A DNA stretch of 57,638 nt, the filler included, from Sphacelaria rigidula (lineage: Eukaryota), in NCBI GenBank assembly GCA_964200075.2. It is 9 parts of 9 records of this genome, joined end to end, with 100 filler letters (N's around TTAATTAATTAA, not from the genome) between each part and the next. Parts side by side here need not be neighbours in the genome. Positions count along the whole stretch, not along the records: positions 44,909 to 51,223 come from CAXNAA020020827.1; positions 51,324 to 57,638 come from CAXNAA020020828.1; 7 more parts are not named here. The stretch is one strand, 5' to 3'. The translations under genes and the position numbers were made by a program. The number at the start of each line of letters is the position of its first letter. Positions within the stretch are counted from its first letter, which is position 1. Below, piece after piece: positions 49,701-57,638 of this stretch. Below the pieces are notes generated by a model, which saw only the letters and a list, made by a program, of their open reading frames with translations, did no database searches and was not told where the DNA came from.

Positions 49701-50128
49701 GGCTATTGCGACTACTGACCATATATTGTCGGACAGACGATAGGTGCAATAGACCTATACTTTACGCAGAACATTTTTTTGGCTATTGCGACTACTGACC
49801 ATATATTGTCGGACAAGCGATAGGTGCAGTAGACCAACACTTTACGCAATATATTTTTTTGTCTGTTGTGACTATTGATCATATATTGTCGGACATGCAA
49901 TAGGTGCAATAGTCCTACACTTTACGCAGTACATTTTTTGTCTATTGCAACTACTGACCACATATTGTCGGACAGGTGATAGATGCAATAGACCAACACT
50001 TTACGCAATACATTTCTTGTCTGTTGTGACTATTGATCATGTTTTGTCGGACAGGCAATAGGTGTAATAGACCTACACTTTACGCAGTACATTTCTTGTC
50101 TTATTGCAACTATGAACTATATATTGTC
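49701..50128 (+). repeat. ~80-bp tandem repeat (5+ units) inside a CAC-TIR MITE (49653-50137)
   Basis: Units begin near 49701, 49781, 49861, 49940, 50019 and 50098: ctattgcgactactgaccatatattgtcggaca...ctttacgca. Confidence 0.92.
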
Positions 50129-50436
50129 GAGGGCGTTCAAAGTTTGCACAGGTCGGACAGCCCATGAGCCACCTAAAACAACTCATCGAAGAGGACTCTG
50201 AGATTCCTTGTCGATAACACAGATCACGTGACAGGGGGGTTCAAGAAGCCAAAGCGGCACTTCGGCGCTACTCCGCATGGTCAGGCCCAATGAGCTACGG
50301 CAGCTCATGATCTGGATCAGTACACAAGTAAAAAGTAATAGTGAGATAGCTCGTTAGCTGTCCGACGTGTGAAAGGTTTGTACTCTTTCGGGATCGGAAC
50401 CAATACATACATTTTGAGGGTTCGATCTGCGAGTTT

Positions 50437-50584
50437 CACACACTGGATAATGGCTATATTACATTGTCGAAAATTGTACTGCGTACAGTATGGGATCTAG
50501 TGCCTGTTGTAGTAGACGTAATAGTCAATACTGTACGCAGTACAGTTTTCGACAGTGTAATTTAATGTCATTATCCCGGGCGTG
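50437..50584. mobile_element. CAC-TIR MITE with 8-bp TSD
   Basis: cacacactggataatggc ... gtcattatcccgggcgtg; flanks gcgagttt / gtgagttt. Confidence 0.8.
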
Positions 50585-50797
50585 GTGAGTTTGCCGCCGC
50601 GCCCCGATGACCTGAATTAAAATGGTACAAGTGAAGACACTAGGTCGGAAGATTGATATTTGATTTTGATTCGATCATCTCACTTTTTAAGTGATTCATT
50701 ACCCCAGGGATCCAGTCGTTGTCATTATCCACATGATGGACGTACCCCGAGAGACATAACAAAACCGAACCACTCGCTGAAAAGAAGTAAAGAAAAC

Positions 50798-51021
50798 CAT
50801 GGGCAGGTCCAGTAGAGTATACTCAATTGCGGGGAATTTGGGAGAAAATTCATACTTGAAGTACACACATTGAGGGTAGGATTTTAGGGATCGCTTTCCA
50901 TTTTTTTGGGGGGGTACGACTCTTATCCAACACTCTACCCTAATTTGAGTACTGTACCTCAAGTGCGTCTTTCAAAACACTATACCCCGCAATTGAGTAC
51001 ACCCTACTCGACCTGCCCTTG
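50798..51021. mobile_element. MITE with ~37-bp TIRs (CAWGGGCAGGTC...) and perfect 8-bp TSD; P- or hAT-like
   Basis: catgggcaggtccagtagagtatactcaattgcgggg / ccccgcaattgagtacaccctactcgacctgcccttg; aagaaaac on both sides. Confidence 0.9.
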
Positions 51022-52018
51022 AAGAAAACAGAGGGAAAAAGGGTACAAGAGACACACAGAGTAGCCTAAAATAAGTCAAGAAGAGAAACGAAAAGAAAAA
51101 ACGAGGAAAAAAGAAGCGAGAGAAAAAAAAAAATGGAAATAGAAATGGCCGGCCTCTGCCACATGGTTTCGTAGGAAAAAGGGGTTGCGCGGAAAAACCA
51201 CACTCATACGAGCTGGGCCAGCCNNNNNNNNNNNNNNNNNNNNNNNNNNNNNNNNNNNNNNNNNNNNTTAATTAATTAANNNNNNNNNNNNNNNNNNNNN
51301 NNNNNNNNNNNNNNNNNNNNNNNCCCCCCTCCCCCGCTCTCGTCAAGGGTTTACTGCTGCAGTGGCGTGTGAATGGGGCGTCGCGTCCGCTTCGTTAAGG
51401 GGTGTCCTAATGGCAGGGGGTGCTGCCACTTAGGGTAAAATGTGAAGTATACTCACATTTCAATCGTGCTTTGATCCGTAAAGGGCGATGCTGTTTCGCT
51501 CTTTCCGTGGCAATACAAAGATTAACTGTAAAAGTGTATGGTAGGGAGGTGATTTACCTTTGCTGGGCGTCTTGTTGCGTGAGGACCTTAATCTTCCGCC
51601 GCACATTCGTCGGAGTTGGAACCTGTTGCGCTCGAGCCTCATCGTGCGCGGCTTCTAGCCCCTCAAGTCTGCGCCGGGACTCTGCCAGACTCTCCTCCTA
51701 CGACGTCATCGATGGGGCTAGCGTTACATTATTGCCGTATGCCTTGAAGCCGATCACACACTAAAATAGCACCAGGTGCACCAATGCACTTCAAGATAAC
51801 GCATTGCAGGTTTCGTGACTTGCGATTATTGGCAGAGGCCGTGTGCCCCAAGAAGATGTGGCGCGCATGTTGCCCGCGGTGCTAACTACCGCTGGCCTAT
51901 GGGACGGTTTTTGAGCTCTGTCGCGTCGTGAAGGGAACTCCTCCCGACGATGATTCATGGTTAGATGGTGAGATCATTGAATCAACCAAGTACTAGAAAC
52001 CGCAGTTGCTCTGCGGGG

Positions 52019-52083
52019 CGTACTCATTTGTTGCTTGCCTTAGTCGGCTGACCATTGACCACGCATCCCTTTCGAGACGGAGC
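52019..52083 (-). mobile_element. 65-bp LINE-3'-end element (copy 4)
   Basis: Same core; perfect 11-bp TSD gctctgcgggg (52008-52018 / 52084-52094). Confidence 0.9.
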
Positions 52084-52149
52084 GCTCTGCGGGGAGGAAT
52101 CTACTTGGCGATGATAATATAATTGGAAGAGGTGAATTGAACGGAAGAT

Positions 52150-53400
52150 ACGAACAACAACTCTCACGTTGGCTCTGAGTTCATCTTCTGCAGCATCGGC
52201 CCTCCTCTTCATCGCTTCCGCTCTACTTTTTGAGTCCGCCTCCATACTGGCAGCACGCCTGGCACAGGCCTACACTCGAAAGGAAGAACGATAGGAACCA
52301 GAATAATTTTCTTGTTTGGAATGATGCACTCTGCAAATCGATACTTCCTTCCACCTTTTCAACGATTGCCGTAACTGCACTACCGGCGGTTGGGCCAGTC
52401 TCACTGTGTTTGTAGGAACAGGGGCGCAACAAGTGTGGTGGAACCAAGTGATGCGGATAGGTCCGTTGGTATCAATACCATTAGAGCACAAGAAACAAAA
52501 TACGTCCAATCTGAATGCCCTGCAGACATTCGCCCGTCGATAACTAGCTTCTCAGGGCTTTCAACCTTATCTGTTCCGACTCACCTCGCTCTCCATAACA
52601 TCTTCATGGCATACCCTCGCCGCCACTTTGGTCTTCTCTACAATCTGCGCCAACCCCTTTTGAAGGGCGCCGCTCTGAGCCTGGTATACAAAACAACGTG
52701 ATCGTAAGTTGAACCAAGTATATTCGAACATGTGCAACACTTTGTGCAGGAGAGGTATCGCTTGAAGAGCATGCGGCTTGCGATCTATGCACTGACAGAT
52801 ATGTAAGGGTATGATTGTTCTCATATTTAATCGGTCCTGGGGAGAGAACGACAAACACCGCAGCACGATGCTTAGATTCCGTATTCTGGAAGACCTGACT
52901 TTGAGACCACTCCATGTGTACTGTGGCCCTGTGTACCATGAGGAGGAAACCCCATGGAAACATTCCGGGCGTAGTAAATCGATGGGCAAAGTGTACTCAG
53001 GGGGCCTGCATGCTCATTGTAGGCTTGCATTTGCTTTGTACAGCTGAAAGTTGAAATGATCATGCACTTCATGTACCCCTTTTGCACAATACGTGGGAGC
53101 GGGCATGACATCGAAGTGTATATGAAGCTGGGGACTCTGTTTCCGTATCACATCCCCCTGGATGATCACCTTGTACCTTTGATAGACTAGTCAAAAGGCC
53201 TACTCCCACAGTCCCATCCGTCATGTAGGTCTTGTGAACACACAAGGGCGTATCCGCACTGCCCGATGCATCCTTGAGGTTTACTTGATAACGCAAATCA
53301 CCTACCCCTTTCTGGACTGTTTTTTCAAATTGAACCGTTCTTCCGAACACGTCAGGGGCTCGGGTGGAGAACTTCTGTCACGGCATTTGAACATTTGAGC
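52150..53400 (-). mobile_element. Probable Mutator/MULE transposase remnant with SWIM-like finger
   Basis: Minus-strand motifs in MULE order: YMTDGTVGVGLLTSLSKV...RCHARSH, then FQNTESKH (TNNxxESxH-like), then ICQCID...PLLH; frameshifted. Confidence 0.45.
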
Positions 53401-55649
53401 TTCGAAATCTTACCGCGGAAATACTCTGGATTCATTTGTCACTATCGGTTGATCTACAGACACCTGCAACTGCTTCGCCTCGAGAGATGTCTCCACAGCT
53501 AACTTATTACTCTTCAGCTCCTGCTTTTCCTTTTCAGCCCAAGCCACCTTCTTCCTCATGTTCTCAACTTGACGGTCGGCCGCCTTCAGTTCTTCCTGTA
53601 TTTCATGTGCAAATGATAACGGAAAAAAAAATACGGCTGTCCGGACTCCAAGCAGGTGATTCGGGGTTCGGTAGAGTTCATGTGAAGTTGCCGATCAACG
53701 ATTGGAACAAGTGCCCACGCGTATCCACGATGCGGCCCACATAGTCACCTCAGGGAGGTGACGAGGTATAAAAAATATTGCTGTGCTGGACGCAAAGCAA
53801 TTGAGAGGATTAGTGGTATACTGGGAATGTTCTGGGTAGTTCTTCAACACGAGAGCGTAGTGCCGTGGACATTGGTCCGTTGTGGGCCCTGAAAACGGAT
53901 GCGCTTGAAGGATACCAACGAATCGAAATCTTGGTTTCAAGTGCTCATTTATGAATCCCGACTGCTTTTGGGGTGTACATGGGTAGGCACATCGGAACGT
54001 TTCGTGATTTTCTGATTGTTGACGTACCACGAGGTGGCCGGTTCCATGCCACCGGGAGCTATCGTCGGTGCCGTAGAAGGTAGATAGCTCTCGTTTGACT
54101 CCCTTCTCCATGGTCTTCAGATGAAATATCTTACGGTTCATGCCGTCATAGAACTCTTGGTCGTTCGCGTCGAGGTAGGACTGCGTTATGCACCGGCAGT
54201 TAGTACAGAAGAAGCGAGGGAGACGTTAGACAGAGGGCAGAACGCGACTGATATATTTCAGATGGAGGAAATGACGCAGCCTGACACCCTTGCCAAGATG
54301 GACGCAGTGGCCGGCTGATATGACCAATACACCCCAACAACGTTGAATTACCCCTCCTTGTGATATGTTTTTGCATCATGATCGAGGTGATTACGCATGA
54401 CTTTTGCGCCAAGTTGAGCGAGTTGCGACTGTATCCCCATGCTCGCTTCATTTTGTGTGTGGCATCAAGGGTGCTCGTAGTTTGGAATGAGAGACGCCGA
54501 AGTCCCTAACATTGACGTTTGGACAGTTATTTTTCGGGGGCATGGTTAGCGTTTGGGGAATTTGATGGAAGCGAGAGTGATAACTAGCATCTCGCGATTG
54601 TTGTGCCCACCCTAGGGTTAAAGCCCATTATTTTCGACACTATTTTTCCGGAGATCTCTGAAAATCCCGTATTTGTCAGACTCTGCGTTTAGACTTCTCC
54701 GAAGACGAGGTGGCTCCATTTTTTCTCCGAAGCTTCATTCTTCGAGAAGTCCGAAAAATTCGGACTGCGACACAGCACTTCGGGGAGTTACCCTGTGTGT
54801 ACGCCGTGCCGCTCGCAAGCATTCGAGAGTCATCAGACATCCCCGAAAATAGAAAATACAGTGCGTAGAGTGGTTCCCCGAAGTTTGGCACCGAAGACCA
54901 TCAGGATTCAACGCTGCGTCAAAACCTTTCGTCTTCACTGTTTTGTGATGTGATGCAAAAAGTGCATAGCTTCAGGATGCTATCAAAACGTAGTTAGTTT
55001 CGGCATGGTATACATCAGCCCTTCGTTTCACGGCGATATCGTCACTAATTGATCTGAGCGCTCTCGTATCGCGGACTAGTTGCTTTAAGTTATCTGTTTT
55101 CGATGGTAAGACCAGCTTGATCTAGGCGTGGGCTCACTATTATTTCGATCTGGAGTCAGTACACTTAATTAGTTTTAGTGTTGCAGTCTACAAATGTTTG
55201 GAACACACATTAGGTCAAATTCCCCTCAAAAGGCGGTGGAGGCGATATGCGGAGTTCCGTCTACCGGTACCCTCGGCGACAGGTATTGCATGCGCCTTTC
55301 ACCCGCCCTCTTCTCGACCTGGATTGGAATTTCGGCCTGCCGCCGTTCGACGCCATACCTTGCGGATTTTCTTGGCCATCTTCGAGTATACTTGTTGGTC
55401 GGTCATCGTGGTGTCCTTGAGAATTTCACGAGGTGAATCCTGAGATGGCGACACGAACGTACAAGCGACGCACGGGACGAGTAGGCGCATGAGATACACG
55501 TTTGTCATCGCTGTACGGTGCTGACAGCGCCGATACATCCGTCAGGGCTGGGTGCTTGTGCATGCTGCTGTACTACCGACGCTATACTGTTGTTCAACTG
55601 ATACACAACCCAGACAGCTTTGTTTTCAAGTGTAACTATTGGTATCGTA

Positions 55650-56700
55650 AGCTGATCGCAGGTCTCCAGTCTCTGGCGTTGTTGCATGGCACCCAGCTGG
55701 GCATTCGCTTTCTATGCGTTTTTTTCCAAAATCATTATGCATCTCGTTCATAAGGGGTCATTTTGAAGCGGAGACCCCGCCGATGCGTTACAATTACTTG
55801 ATTCTTGTGTGGAAGACCGAAAAACAAGAAGCTATAGTTTATGCGAATTATATGCGCGCATAACAAGCAAAAGTCTGCACCCGCAGCACCCGACGACTCC
55901 CAGCGTGAGAAATCTTGGTACGCGAAAGGCACCTTCCAAAACTTTTAACAATTAGCCCTCCCACTTGTGATACTCGAAAGATACGCCCCCCCAGACGATC
56001 GAGTATTGGACAGCACTGACGATTCAAGCGAGAGAGATTCGGAATTGTTTTAAAAGGAACGGCCACCCAACCGCTGAAGGGCTACGTTTGGGGAGCTTGT
56101 TTAGATCAGTGTTCACTTGTGGACTCTCCTCTGGCTTCAATGACTCCTTGTTCTGACGTGGTGTTAAACCCATTTGGCTCTAGTATTGCGTGGCAGACTG
56201 TACGCATGATATCGGCGAAGGTGTACTGTCAGAGAAGATTCATCGCGACTGAATGAGCTGAATTGGGCTGAAAGCCACCAGGGTGCAAGCGAATGCGGTC
56301 CTCTGTGGTACACTCATCCCCTTGCGTAACCACTTTTTCCATCGCGCACAGGATGCCTTTACAGACAGGCACGAGCTGTCTAGCACCTCTAGCATCCGTC
56401 CGGTAAACATTTCAACAGTGCACAGAGGCAAAAGTACGGATTGAAATGCAACGACACCGACGGTGTTCATGAAACCGACCGATGGCCGTATCGGTGGAAG
56501 GATCAAATTGAAAAGTGTGCATACCATTAGATGCACCTGCTGCTTCGACAGTCTAGGCTCTTCATGTGTCTCGACAGAATCTAGTTTGAAAAGTGAGATC
56601 ATAAGGCACGTTGAGCACCAGGGTGGGCCATGTGAGCCTTGAGGACATTTTTCGAATGACTGATCCTGATTCATCAAATGGACATATCTGGCCGATCAAA
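55650..56700 (-). mobile_element. pogo/Tigger-like DDE_1 catalytic domain remnant
   Basis: ORF 56240-56677 has LDSVETH (LDGHxSH-like) and MLEVLDSSCLSVKASCARWKKW (LQxLD...K..W-like). Confidence 0.5.
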
Positions 56701-56834
56701 ATTTTGAAATGTTACAAGGTTAGTTTCCGAGTATATTGTATGTGGTTACGGATCTTTCTACGCGCTACTTTACTCTATCCCGTCCTTTCCGCGAGCGTGC
56801 TTGATTGATTGTTGCACAATGGACTGAGCCGCTA

Positions 56835-57540
56835 CAGTAAACGTTCCTGTTACGGAACAGTACCAATTAAGGAATCCTTTTTTCCCATCGTCTATAACTC
56901 CGCGAAATAGTTATCGTTTTCATTCTGTTTTTTGCTGCGTGTGCACAAAAGAACGACGCTTCTTTTGAGCTCCTGCACGTGCCTTTTACATCAATAAACA
57001 CACCCCCACAGCATTGCGAATAAGCGCGTGTGTGTGTTTTCTCCAAAATCAGCTTTTTGGTCGATCGGCTGCTTAGCAAGCAGAGAGTAAGTCTGGACTC
57101 AGAACGTGCAGCAGAGGCCGTAAAAGCGATACGCAGCGGTCGCATGACCTTCTATGCTGCTGCAAAGAACTTTAATATCTCCGTCGGTTCGCTGCAGAAA
57201 CGCGTCAGTGGTAGCGTGGGCATAGCTGGCAGGGTTGTACTGTCCTGTCGACGGAGGAAGAAAGTTCCATCAAAGACATGCTGAAATTTGCCGCAGCTCG
57301 TCAACGGGCCTGAATAGAGATGGCCTGAAACGGGCGGTTATGGCACTCTGCAGCGACAACCGACCGGTGCCATAGGACCCGACGGTAGGCTCAGGTCGAA
57401 AATGGCTCGACTTGTTCCTTCGAAGGTACCCGCGGCTAGGTGAGCGCAGCAACCGCATCTATAAGGCCGACGGGGTCGTGCGGCCGACGAAGAAGATCGC
57501 CTGTCGGAGTTTTATGCGGTCTGTGAGGAGTACTGTGCGT
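56835..57540 (+). mobile_element. pogo/Tigger-like element 5' end: TA|CAGT terminus, then psq HTH and CENP-B HTH, degenerate
   Basis: AAEAVKAIRSGRMTFYAAAKNFNISVGSLQKRVSG, followed with frameshifts by LSTEEESSIKDMLKFAA and GRKWLDLFLRRYPRL; ta-cagtaaacgttcc at 56833. Confidence 0.8.
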
Positions 57541-57638
57541 AACATCCGATACTCGACGTACTACTCTGTACCGTGCCCCTCCCCCCCCTCCCCCCCCCCA
57601 CCCGCCCATTTAGCCTGGTCCGGCGAGAACCCGGCGTG

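Noticed and set aside
49701..50128. CRISPR-like array
   Set aside because: Units are contiguous tandem copies with no unique spacers, there are no cas genes, and the context is eukaryotic.

Overview
This is eukaryotic, repeat-rich DNA, most likely from a brown alga (Phaeophyceae). That call rests on a brown-algal-type Cys-rich exon module, the intron style and the repeat families; it is an inference. The window is not one locus. It is nine unrelated contigs of 6315-6316 bp joined by artificial 100-bp linkers (44 N + TTAATTAATTAA + 44 N). Host-gene content: five exons of a PRMT10-like arginine methyltransferase, exons of a Cys-rich extracellular-type protein, a very large low-complexity exon plus its next exon, one tRNA-Ala(UGC), and a decayed multi-exon kinase gene that may have a Crinkler/FunK1-like architecture. 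The rest is transposon debris: a Ty3/gypsy element nested in a Ty1/copia RT, a LINE 3' end, probable KDZ, MULE, hAT and pogo transposase remnants, and several MITE families. The most striking signal is a ~65-bp element matching the LINE's 3' tip. It occurs in four copies on three other contigs, with essentially the same 5' end, no poly(A), and target-site duplications ending in or containing G-runs, which suggests C/G-run-primed retrotransposition.
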